Shown here: positions 12,401 through 24,344 of the stretch, one piece after another
How positions within the stretch are numbered: the first letter of the stretch is position 1
Layout of the letters: every line of letters begins with the position of its first letter
Source of the DNA: Ascidiella aspersa
Taxonomy: Eukaryota
Direction of reading: 5' to 3'
NCBI GenBank assembly: GCA_963924565.1
Contig: OZ004610.1
Span: forward strand, 17,174,001-17,238,000
DNA length: 64,000 nucleotides
Notes under the pieces: generated by a model
Seen by the model: only the letters and a program-made list of their open reading frames with translations
Told to the model about the DNA's origin: nothing
Databases searched by the model: none
Position numbers and translations under genes: made by a program

Positions 12401-12733
12401 AGCTGTTTCTCTAGCCTTTTTTAAATCATGGATTGCCTGATCCGGTTAGTCTGCCGAAGGCTTCGGATATATAACGTATAATCAAGGACGAATGGTAGAT
12501 TCGAACGTGCCGTTGTTTTGAAGAAAAAATAACGCTTTCGTGAAAATTTTAAATGAAATCGTCAATGTCGAATGAAAATTTCAGCTAAACTTTTTCTCAA
12601 GAGCAACTTTAGGTTGATGTTAAGTATAAATTAACCTGGTAAAGATATTATGAAACCCATTAATTTCTATGGAAGATTTACAAATTTTCCTAAAGAATTA
12701 CGGTCGGTAAACTACTACGTCATCACAAGGGGG

Positions 12734-13036
12734 CAGGGCTGCGGAGTCGGTTTGTTTTGCTGTAGCTGATTCGTGACTCGAGTAAGACTGCCTGAGTCGA
12801 CGATCACGACGTAAAAGAGGCACAGAACGTATGGTGGTTGTATATTTTTCAACCATGTATTGTTGTGGCTGGATTAAATATGTGACACCTTATGCGTGGA
12901 TTGCTCTATATCCACCTTAACTAAGTTACGTAAATAAGTAAAATCAGGCTGTACAGTAAGATTTGACATAATCTCACATTTTTTCCGGAGTCGGACTCGC
13001 GGACTCAGGTTATTTTCAACCAACTCCGCAGCCCTG
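12734..13036. mobile_element. hAT-type MITE family A, copy 2
   Basis: TIR cagggctgcggagtc / actccgcagccctg; degenerate TSD caaggggg / tcaggggg. Confidence 0.8.
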
Positions 13037-13832
13037 TCAGGGGGGAACCAGACCATGTATCCTGAAAATATATAGCCTGTTTTTTCGCCAACGCGATTAG
13101 ACTGGATTTGCGCTGCATTTTGCGCACTAGTTCCCTCGAGAACATCAATTGATTTTAAACTTATTTTTTAAGAAGTCGAGCTGCATGGCTGATATTTTAC
13201 ACTATTTCAAAGTGGCCTATATAGGCTCCCCTAATGGTCCAGAGTTTCGCAAGCATAGACGTGTGTTGTAGGCGGTCGTTTTGCCCGACCCCTTTCTAAG
13301 TCTACGCTTTAGGAAGGTTGGAAATAGCCAATCCCCTAAAAACTCTTTCCCAAAAGCCGTACGGTCAACGGCTCTCACAACTTCTGCTTAAAATCATTTT
13401 CATAAATGTTATTTGGCAGGGTCTATTTTATTTTATTAAAGGTGTCATTAGGGATGGGTTTAGGGTAGTATTTACTAAAACCGTTGTATCAAAACGGGCT
13501 AAAAAGATGAAAAAAAATAAGATGGACTGTACGTGGTGAAATGAATCTGGAACGGTCCGAGACGACGTTCCGATAAAATAATTTTACCAGGTAGGCTACG
13601 CCGTACCGGTAGCCTAGTTATTTTTTTTAGTTTAGTTGCAATTTTGTGCAATTTTTGTTTCCCAACATCACTTGTTTTACGCGTCCCGTTATGACGTAAC
13701 TTTGTGACTGTTATCAAAAAGTGTCGTGCGTACCGGTCAGACATTTTTTATCGTTTTAGCAACAAAATTATTCAACCTTTTACCCTGAATACATAACACT
13801 GCACCAGTTGTGTCATTGTATATGTTGGCATG

Positions 13833-14224
13833 CATAGGCGTAGCCAGGGGGGGCCTGAGGGGCCATGGCCCTCCCTAAAATTTATAAATATTTTACTCTT
13901 AATAATTTGTTTTGTATCATTTATGAGCAGTACCACAATATTTGATCACAGGCATGCCACACTGTAATTGTCATGCATTGTTACGTCACAAACGATGTAG
14001 TTAATATAACATTTACTATACATTAATGTACTTTTACCACCCTTTAGACAGTTTTTCCTCTTTGACTGTTTTTTAGTATTGCGTTAACACTCAGTCAGTT
14101 GCTGCTCGAAACGGTTTGCTAGCATTGTTATTTGTGTTCGTTACGGCAGTTAATACAATGACAAAAGCTAAACAAAAATTCCAACTCTTTGGCCCCCCAA
14201 AATTTTCGGCTGGCTACGCCACTG
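13833..14224. mobile_element. MITE with 8-bp TSD (hAT-like)
   Basis: Ends cataggcgtagccag / ctggctacgccactg; perfect TSD ttggcatg. Confidence 0.85.
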
Positions 14225-14805
14225 TTGGCATGATTTTTAATATAGAGTTGAATTCACATGATTTACTTACGGCACTTTTGTGCTGATCGGGCACTAAAAA
14301 AGAAAATTTTGCGAAGCCCGAAACATAATGTAGGCTACATATGCTCTTCATATTTACCTATTCCAAAAAGCTGTCATCCCGAACTTGAAAAGTTAAACGA
14401 TAAAAGTAAAACATCTTGCAAGCTATCGACATTTGTTTCCGTGCCTTGGTTTTCTTCATGCCTGAGTGCTTTTGCGTGCGGGAAAGCAAAATCTGAAAGC
14501 AGGAAGACCAGGCAGTACACTATAATGTTACGATATGTTTTTCACTTATCAGCTGCGCAGCAGCCGTTGTTTTAACACTTTGAAAGGTGAAACTTCTCTC
14601 CAGGGTGTCAAATGCTATCTTAAAGAGTTAAGAAAACCAAGGCCGTTGTCATACGTTGACTTTCAGGTCTGTAGGTTTACTTTAAAGCTTTTAGTAGAGT
14701 ATCCTTTGAAAAAGCATACAGCAGTATAGCAACCGTAAAGTTGTATTTACTTTTATTTGTTCTGACAATCTCTTTTCGTTTTTAGATTCAAATGATATAA
14801 CTATA

Positions 14806-16254
14806 ATGGCAGTTTTTGGTTATCAATTATGTTTCACTTTGATTATGGCAACATTTTTACAAAAAATTACGCCAATTTATTCATTAGGACGTTGGTTATT
14901 GGCAAACGGTTCACTTGTTTGGTACCAACATCCAAGTGATGCAGAGCTACGCAAGGCTGCAGGGAAACCTGTTACGAAAAAGACAAATGGAAAACTAAAG
15001 AATAGAAAGTCTGCCAAACCTAAATTAGAAAATGATGTTTTTAAAATACCTAAAAACATTGAAATAGCTTTGGACATTGCTCCAGTCCAACCAGTCGACT
15101 TGATGACAATAAGACGTTATCCAGACTTTGAATGGCTTATAGACTATGCTCTTATTAGCATACTTGTCTACATTGGAACAGAAATTTACTATGAGCTTTT
15201 TAATCCAGAGCATGAATTAAATATTTCAATTATATGGATTGGACTTTTGGCATGGTTTTCAATGAAAAACCTCATGTCAATTTTTTGGATGTATGTAAAA
15301 TCCCGGGCAGGAGGAGAAGTTTCAATGTCTGTTGTTTTTGGAATGATTTCGTTCATTGTTTCGCTTGCAGTCTCAATGGTGAAAGAAGATCATTTGGAAC
15401 TTGGGTTAGAATACACTGGAAAGAATTATTCATTTTTAAATCAAACAAACAAATTTCCTGTCACAGGTGTAAAGATTGGTCTTGCAATATGGAGTGCAAT
15501 CATTGGACTTTTGTTCATGTTTCCAGCAGTTCGTATGGCACAAATGTATGTGGATTCGTTAAAGTTTAACAAGGGAAATCTAATTAAAACTGTTGGTTTG
15601 CATGTGAACTTTTTTGCCCCTATTGTAATTTGTTTATTATGGATTAAACCTATTGCAAGAGATGTAGTTATGAACCCATCTTTTGGAAAACTCGAAGAAG
15701 CAAGTCCTTTAGTGACGCAGGGGCAATTTGAATTGCTGCGAATATCATTTGTCATTTTAGTTTGCATTTTACGATTGACAATGATTCGCGTACATTTGCA
15801 AGCCTATCTCAATTTGGCACATGAAAGAGTAAGAAAGGTGAAGAGGGAAAGTGGACTAATTACTAACACTGAATACCAGAGAAATATTTTGCAAATATTT
15901 TGGTACGTAGGCATTGTTGCAACACAATATATATGTCCTCTTGTTTTATTGTTATGCAGCAGTCTACTTCTGAAGACACTAGGTTGCTATTCATGGACAG
16001 CAATATCAGCAAATAATGAAAATATTATGCTAAAAAGTGCCAATTTTTCCATGCCATTTAATAATCCTCTATTGGAAACTGATTCACACATGGACATGGT
16101 TCAAAAGATTAGAAACCACATAGAAACTCTGCAGACATTGTTATCGCCACCTTTTATTAGAGGTATTTGCTCGTATATGTTGTGGTGGATAGCAAGCAAT
16201 TGGTTTGTAGCCAGTTGTGTTGGTTTGCTCTATCATACTCATTTAACTGAGTAG
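14806..16254 (+). CDS. TMEM161B: transmembrane protein 161 (TMEM161A/B family), single coding exon
   Basis: 482-aa multi-pass ORF with MAVFGYQLCFTLIMATFLQK..YSLGRWLL.NGSL..Y.HPSD.EL, EWLIDYA, FPAVRMAQM, LWIKPIARD, HLQAYLNLA and QYICP motifs. Acceptor-like ttttcgtttttag at ~14784. Confidence 0.93.
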   Translation: MAVFGYQLCFTLIMATFLQKITPIYSLGRWLLANGSLVWYQHPSDAELRKAAGKPVTKKTNGKLKNRKSAKPKLENDVFKIPKNIEIALDIAPVQPVDLMTIRRYPDFEWLIDYALISILVYIGTEIYYELFNPEHELNISIIWIGLLAWFSMKNLMSIFWMYVKSRAGGEVSMSVVFGMISFIVSLAVSMVKEDHLELGLEYTGKNYSFLNQTNKFPVTGVKIGLAIWSAIIGLLFMFPAVRMAQMYVDSLKFNKGNLIKTVGLHVNFFAPIVICLLWIKPIARDVVMNPSFGKLEEASPLVTQGQFELLRISFVILVCILRLTMIRVHLQAYLNLAHERVRKVKRESGLITNTEYQRNILQIFWYVGIVATQYICPLVLLLCSSLLLKTLGCYSWTAISANNENIMLKSANFSMPFNNPLLETDSHMDMVQKIRNHIETLQTLLSPPFIRGICSYMLWWIASNWFVASCVGLLYHTHLTE

Positions 16255-16609
16255 GAATAGAAACTGGTGCAGTTTCATTTTTGACATATTTTACTGACAA
16301 GAAAAACTCAAGCTAAAGTGTTAAAACTTTTCAATGTGAAGGTCAATTATCTGACAACAATCATAAATGATAAAAAACACCTGTTCGTATTTTTTCTATA
16401 TTTATTTGTATTGTTTACATGCATTTGCTGTACTTTTTTTATTAAATACAGACATCAAACAAAATTGTGTTTATTACACATGGTCAGTGATTGCTAATAC
16501 GTAATGCAGCCACATTGCTGCTAAACAAAATAAACTATCACCACAGTTAAAAATATGCACAAGATAAAAATGATACTAAAACCCACAAAATGTAAAAATA
16601 TGTAAATTA

Positions 16610-17318
<709 letters not shown>

Positions 17319-17498
17319 TTAAAAACAAAGCTGTAAAAACGAATTTTAATTATACTATCTATTGTTATTAGTTTAATTAGTCTATTTCATAATAAAATTA
17401 CAATAACCTGAATATTAAAGTACACAATAATTCAGAAAAAAATACCATAAGGAAATATTATTTCAATTTTGACAACTCGTTCCGTTCATGTAAAAAAA

Positions 17499-18502
17499 TG
17501 TGGTAGGATTCTAGACCAGCGTTAAAAATATCACTGAAATATCCCACACGTTTTATAGCTACGAATATTATTGCTCACTTTTAACTGCTGACGTATACCT
17601 AAAATATGACCATTCTTGTTACATCATCAAATCCATAATATTCAACAAAAGACTTCTGGCAGTCATGTGACATAAGTCCCATCGATTGCACTTACTAACA
17701 TCAATAATACAAGTTCTCTGTTTTGATATGGGTAAATACACAACTAGTGAGGCATAACAAAATTATGACTCTTTGATTTTATCAATTATATCGAAATTTC
17801 TTATTATTGTTTCAACGTACAAAAATTATTTTAAGGATTTAATGTTGCGCATGGGAAGTATAAAATTAAAAATTGGTATATTACAAAACAATAAATTTGA
17901 CGTAAAAGTTTTACAATTTTTGACACATATGTGGCAAAATTCCCCTACGACAATACTGGATTGCAATTGTAACGTTGTTATAAAATAGGAAGGTAATAAT
18001 AGTGATATTGCATAGGGCGTTTGCCGAAATTTAGTGGAATTTATCCGTGCCCCGTCTTTAACTCAGGCAATTTGGTATTCCAAGTAAACTCTTGAGAAAA
18101 GGACCATACAAGAAATAAGTCATTTGCCATTACGAAAATGCAAAAAGTGCTTGACAGAATGGTACCTCCAGGTAAGTTGAAACTTAACATATAACATAGG
18201 AATGTTAGTCTGAATTTTGTGGCAGGTGCTGACCTAAGTTATTTTTTTATATAATTTTTGTGCAGACTTAATTTCGAAAAATGATTGAATTGTGTATTGG
18301 TATAAGGATTTTGAACATCAGGTGATTGCGCTTTTTTCGCACGCCTGTACACCCGATCTGCATTATGTGGCAGGTTCACACTTAATAGTAATTTCCAAAC
18401 TCAAATTCCAGAAAAAGGTTAAATTGTACTAGATTTCCAAACTCAGTTGTGTATAAAACCTTGAGTGCACACCTGCCGGCGCTGGTCTAGAATTCTACCA
18501 CA
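17499..18502. mobile_element. ~1-kb segment bounded by 23-bp inverted repeats (TGT...ACA ends), probable non-autonomous DNA transposon
   Basis: tgtggtaggattctagaccagcg (17499-17521) matches the reverse complement of 18480-18502 at 22/23. No TSD seen. Confidence 0.5.
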
Positions 18503-19207
18503 GCGTTGAGACACTTAAAGCAACGTATAATATTTGGGTCAGGGTTTCCGTTAGTGTTTGTGTGAGGTGGGGTCAAGTATTATTATATTTTTTGATAAAT
18601 TGTATTGAATTCTGGACAAGTTTAACAACAACTGTACTGCGTTCAGCCGCGAAAACTTGCAAAACTTCTGTCGTGCTGACGGTTTTTGGTATAGTACTTT
18701 ATTCTCAGTCAGTTAATTTGTTCAAATAATAATATTACAGCTGTTAGCAGAAACATGATTACCGCTGCACAATTTTAAGCTGAAAAATCGTCTTTCCGGC
18801 CTGATATCCAAAATTACAATCTTGTACCAAACAAGACTTTATAAAGCTTCCTAATTGTTTGTTTGATATTAAAGCTTATTCTCACAACTCAATGTTTATT
18901 TAAAAGTGAATAGCTGTATCTACTAAAACTAAATAATATGTTATTTAAAACATATTTGATTTACCTTTGTTTTTAGTCTGCCCATTCGTTCTTTAGGTCG
19001 CATATTGCCAATATAACCATTTCACTTCAAGGAAACGGGATTTAAAAATGAAATTTTCCGGGAATCACGACGAAAAAATTATACCTAATTGACGTCATTA
19101 TAATGTTAAAAATTATTTTATATTAGGGTACACTCAGCACGGATCTGTAATGTAGCTTAATAATAAATTTCAAAGCCAAAAATGTCGAGTAGATCGACAG
19201 CATTTTG

Positions 19208-19250
19208 ATTAAGACGTTTCGATACGAACTTGTATCATCTTCAGTTAGTG
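19208..19250 (-). ncRNA. minimal hammerhead ribozyme in the Penelope 3' UTR/pLTR
   Basis: Minus strand cacuaa CUGAAGA u GAUAC aaguuc GUAUC GAAAC GUC uuaau: perfect 5-bp stem II, palindromic ACGU stem III, GUC triplet, stem I 4/5 paired. Lies directly downstream of the GIY-YIG ORF. Confidence 0.8.
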
Positions 19251-19906
19251 TGGCTGAAAAGCAAATCAAAGCATATCTTATAAAAGGTAGGACGCAATTG
19301 TTATCATCTGAGTTTTTACAGTTGGAGCCTTTAGGTGTTGAATAGGTAGAGCGGTGTAGATAAGGTGTCGACGTTCAGTTCAGGGCTGCAGTCTTGAATA
19401 GATAGCGACTCGAGTAGCCGCAATCTAAACTGTCTGAAGCCCCTCCGAGCACTTCGGGTTTGCAAAAATCAACCTTATGGTCCGAGTGCTGCAGAAGATG
19501 TCTGCAAACCTCTGATTTCTCGTCCACTATGTGTTCTTTGACCCTCGTTAAAAGATTTTGTCTGGTTTGACCAATGTAGGAAGCACCACATGAACACGTT
19601 AATTTATACACGACACTAGATCGCTGCAAATGTTCCTGTCGATCCTTTATTCGAAACAATTTTGTCATTTTGGTTGTGTTGTGGATCAATCGAAATCCAA
19701 CTTTGCCACCAGTAACGCGAAGTACAAACCTGTGAATTTCACGGCGTATATGGTGTGAAGCTGGGCCTATGTATGGTAGTTGCATCAATATATAACGTAA
19801 TTGCTTTTCTTTGCATGGTACTGAAGGTGCTTTTTCAACTCGGTGTTTATTATTAAAGAACTGCTCGATGGATTTGTCAAGAAATTCCAAGGGATATCCG
19901 TTACGT

Positions 19907-22253
19907 TAGGGTTGTTCAGATTTAACTTTTTTTTGAAAATTTATGCTTCCTGCTTGATTTCCCATTATGTGTCACATAAAAATGAGTTTCGTAAGTTTTC
20001 AAAACAATTGGACAACATTTAGGGGCTCCGCAGGCACCCGAAAGTTATCACACTGAAATTGCCAAAATCTGGGACTTCCCCTAACACGATACTGTACGTT
20101 TTTCTTAAAAAACACAAAAACCTTGTAATTTTTATATTAACAATGGCAAAAAAGCATCACTAATCTATTTTCCAGTTTTATATAACTTAAAATGTATTCT
20201 TAAAGCCCCCAAATTTCCACTTTACCCCATTTTTGGAGCTGTCATTTAATTTATCACATATGTACAATAAAATATATTTTAACAAATTGTATATTATGAA
20301 AAGCAAAGTATTTTAATCAATAGTGAATAAAGAAGAAATATAGCAAAAGTATGCCAATGTAATAGTTAAAAAATGTAAAAAGGAACATCAATGAAAAGCT
20401 TTTATTTTTTTTTAGCCAAGGTTTTTTTTTAGAAAATCTGGGTATGATTGCCTGTGATCTTCAAAAGCTTGTAGCAAGTTGTTTGTTGCTGTGGATTGTC
20501 GGTTAACATAGCAGCACAATCTGTGTTTACTTTTAACCCCTCTTTCTGCGGCATCATTCACAACTTTAACAGTACATGAAGACTTTAACTCGTTGTACCC
20601 ATTATGAGCACCATGAATCGGGAGAATGTGTCGGCCAGTCACATATATGATTGAGTAGCGTAAAATAAACCAGGAATCTGTGCCAATCAAATCCTCTAAA
20701 GTGGTATAACTTTTGATTTTATGATGCAAAACTTGAATGCCTTGTCCTGGGTCATTTGTGGGTGTTTACTAAACAAGGAAAATGTGACAAGTTTGTATAG
20801 AAAAATAGCATCATTTTCATTACCCATCTGTTCAGACCACATAAACATTTTTGGCCATAGAAAACTTGTCCCATCCACTTTGTACTGTGTGTTGCACCTG
20901 CTTGATCGTCTTCTTCTTTCGTATGGACCATCTTATTATTCCAGTTCAAATGTCCGGGCAGAAGTCGAGATGCCAGCGGATAGTCTAATCGTCCAAGAGT
21001 GTCAGACCATTTGTCCCACTTGGTTGGCGATATATCGGCACCGTGAGACTATGTGATCTGCAGTCTGTTCCTCCAAACCACAGTCATAGAAGCCCCATTT
21101 ATTCATGGAAGACCTAGCACGCCCGACCCCTGTTCTCAGCTTATTAAGGCGAGTCTAGGCTCGAATAGACAGGCCAAAACCCTAAGGCTTATTGGAGGTG
21201 GTGGGGCAATAGTGGTGGAGAGGGGTAATCTTGCTCCTCGTTCCATTTAGTGGCCACCCATTCACCTACACCAGAGCTTTCACTTTTCTGCAGTGATTTG
21301 AGTGCAGCTGGTACAAAGGAGCATCTCAAGGATTGTAGCCTTTGGTATTGTGGCTCCTCTGGGGCGAAGCTCAGCGGGCTAGATGCCTGCCAGGGTAGGA
21401 ATGTGAGTGTCCTGTCCAGATGCAATGCGAGGTATGTAGACATGGAAATCCAAAGTTCTTCCATTGGTATTGACGGACAACACACGTTTAATTTCCTTGT
21501 TATTGAGGTGGACTCTTAGAGTCCTCTCAACACTGCGCCAATTCCCTTCAGCATGCAAGATCGCCAAGTCATCAGCGTATGCTTGGAGACTGTGGCGGGC
21601 AGATTACTGTAATAAACATTAAACAGCAAAGGAGCCAGAACATCCCTGAGGCATGCCGTTTGTAAGGCGTCATAAACTGCTTTGATGGAGCCGTTGTTTG
21701 TCTTAAAACAAAGCTGCGATTATGGACAAGTTCCATGATCATGCTGACCATGTGTTTGTTAAAAATATTCATCACTGATTATGCTGCTATGTTAAATGAC
21801 AATCCTCAGCAACGTGCAAGCTTGCTACAGGCTGTTGAAGATCACAGGCGATCATAAACAGGTTTTAAATAATTCGATAAAATGTATTTTATTGAATATA
21901 TGTGATAAATCATATGACAACTCTAAAAATGGGGTAAAGTAGGGCTTTGGGGGCTTTAAGAATACATTTTAAGTTACATAAAACTGGAAAATAGATTAGT
22001 GATGATTTCTTGCCATTGTTTAATATAAAAATTACAAGGTTTCTTTGTTTTTTAAGAAAAACGTACAGTATCGTATTAGGGGAAGTCCCGTATTTTAGCA
22101 ATTTTAGTGTGATAACTTTGGGGTGCCTGCGGAGCCCCTAAATGTTGTCCAATTGTTTTCAAAACTTGTGAAACTGATTTTTATGTGACACATAATGGGA
22201 AATCAAGCAGGAAGCATAAATTTTCAAAAAAAAGTTAAATCTGAACATCCCTA
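19907..22253. mobile_element. composite hATm-like DNA transposon formed from two inverted transposase 3' ends
   Basis: Termini tagggttgttcagatttaac / gttaaatctgaacatcccta; >350 bp of inverted similarity; perfect 9-bp TSD ccgttacgt splitting the Penelope ORF. Transposase C-terminus KVVNDAAERGVK...LLQAFEDHR at ~20880-20412 (-) and a second copy ..LLQAVEDHRRS* at ~21770-21857 (+). Confidence 0.8.
20908..21760 (-). mobile_element. 5'-truncated, internally deleted non-LTR retrotransposon (I-group, Ingi/Vingi-like RT)
   Basis: Fragmented frames give GMPQG, YADDLAILH, TYLALHLDRTLTF and RLNKLRTGVGR..MNKWG..DCG.EEQTADHIV. Ends in a ccatacgaaagaagaaga tail. Confidence 0.75.
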
Positions 22254-24344
22254 CCGTTACGTAGTAGCATTCGCTTGATCTTGCTTATGTCCACATGAAT
22301 AACTTTGTAACAGTTGGCGATCTTGTAAGCCCTCTGCAACAGGGAAAAAAAACAAATTATGTTTATACAGTCGAGGTGTAAACCTACACCATTTAGTGTA
22401 GAGACCTGTGTGAGTAAGTTTCCTGAATGCCGATGTTCGGGTTACTCCGGTTGTATTTTCCACTAGAACGTCTAGGAAACTGATCGTTTTGTTATGTTCC
22501 AGCTCTTTAGTGAAGGATAGACTGGGGTGAACTGAATTAATACAGTTAAAAAACATGTCCAAAGATTTAACATTGGAAAACACCAAGAACATGTCGTCTA
22601 CATAACGACACAGTAGCTCAGGCCTGTTATCGGGCTTGGTCTTGTCGATTGCCTTCTGTACCACGTGGTTCATCATGATGTCTGCCATCATGGGTGCTAT
22701 TGGAGAACCCATTGCTACCCCATCTGTTTGTTTGTAAAACTCACCATTGAACTGGAATATAGTTTTTTTGAAGACCCAACACAGAAGCTTCTCGAGGCGA
22801 CTCTTGTTGAGGCCTTTAAACGTTGTAACCCCTTTGCTAAAAACGGAATCAAGAATTAGTTTGATAGTGTAATAGACTGGAATATTAGTGAAGAGGCTTT
22901 TGACATCAAATGTCACCATGATTTTACCTAAAAATGACCTATTTTGAATAAGTGACATAAAAGCGAATGTATCTGCGAGGTTGGTAGGGTGCTGACGTAT
23001 ATGGTTGAGTGATTTCGATAACCATGTGGCACAGGCGTGGGTGAAGCTTCCAATAGATGCTAGTATAGGCCTTAGCGGTACTGAAGGTTTGTGGATTTTG
23101 GGTAGCCCGTACATGCTGGGAGTGCAAGCAGCGACTGGATGGATTTGGTGATAATCTTCTTCGCTGACGGCATTTACTTTCTTCAAGTAGCGGAGGCAGT
23201 TCTGAAATCTAGATAGATTTTTAATGTTATCATTCGAAGCACAAATAGTGAACTTACTGCTATCATAATTTGCAGCATCTTCGATATGTAGGTACTACGA
23301 TTCAATATCACTATACCGTTACCCTTATCCGGTTTGCTGATCACGATGGTAGGATCAGAACGCAGTGATTGCAAGGTGTCATGTTCGCTGGGCGACATGG
23401 CGGATGAATGTGTCTTCTACTATCTACTTTCTTTCGAGAACGGACAGGTTTGTACTTCGCGCTGCTCGTGGCAAAGTTGGATTTCGATTGATCCACGACA
23501 CAACAAAAATGACAAAATCATTTCGAATAAAAGATCGACAGGAACATTTGCAGCGATCTAGTGTCGTGTATGAATTAACGTGTTCATGTGGTGCTTCCTA
23601 CATTGGTCAAACCCGACGAAATCTTTTAACGAGGGTCAAAGAACACAGAGTGGACGAGAAATCAGAGGTTGCAGACATCTTCTGCAGCACTCGGACCATA
23701 AGGTTGATTTTTGCAAACCCGAAGTGCTCGGAGGGGCTTCAGACGTGTTTAGATTGCGGCTACTCGAGTCGCTATCTATTCAAGACTGCAGCCCTGAACT
23801 GAACGTCGACACCTTATCTACACCGCTCCACCTATTCAACACCTAAAGGCTCCAACTGTAAAAAAAACTAGATGATAACAATTGCGTCCTACCTTTTATA
23901 GATGCTGTCGATCTACTCGACCTTTTTGGCTTTGAAATTTATTATTAAGCTATTTTATATTAGGTCCAAACATTTAATTAAGCTCATTTATGTTCTGTAG
24001 TATTGCTTGCAATCTTACAAGACATTCTCGTATTAAAAGCTGCACCCTTATTTGATTTTATTTATAAAAAAGCGCATGCAGGGTGCATTCTTACTGGTAG
24101 AATAAATTTAATGAAGTTTTTTCGCTGGTAAGCGCAAAAAAGCCAACTCAGGCAACGGCTTTAATAGGTTTGCTAATATATTTTTCTATATATTAGTCAA
24201 AAACGGACTAGTTTTTAAGTCTTACTATGTTGCCAAATAACCGGGATCATAAAAAAAGTTACTGGGATTCGGGATCATGAATTCGCGGAAAATCCCGGGA
24301 ATTTCGCATCAAAACATTGAGAGGAACCCTAGCATAGATAGGTA

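Larger units (their letters stand above)
19128..23950 (-). mobile_element. Penelope-like retroelement (Penelope/Poseidon type; RT + GIY-YIG), frameshifted, with inverted terminal copy
   Basis: RT 23398-22257 (KPDKGNGIV, YGLPKIHKP.VPLRPI, FDVKSLFTNIP, GVAMGSPIAP, RYVDD, SFLDV) and GIY-YIG 19890-19375 (VVYKLTCSCGASYIGQT). Inverted copy of endonuclease + 3' UTR at 23444-23952. Flanking 14-bp direct repeat tattttatattagg at 19114-19127 and 23951-23964. Confidence 0.92.

Noticed and set aside
14258-14729. ORFs upstream of TMEM161
   Set aside because: No recognisable domain; more likely promoter or 5' UTR sequence.
18540-24331. Possible outer hAT element (cagggtttcc...ggaacccta) enclosing the Penelope stack
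   Set aside because: TIR match is weak and the flanks (atttgggt vs gcatagat) give no TSD.
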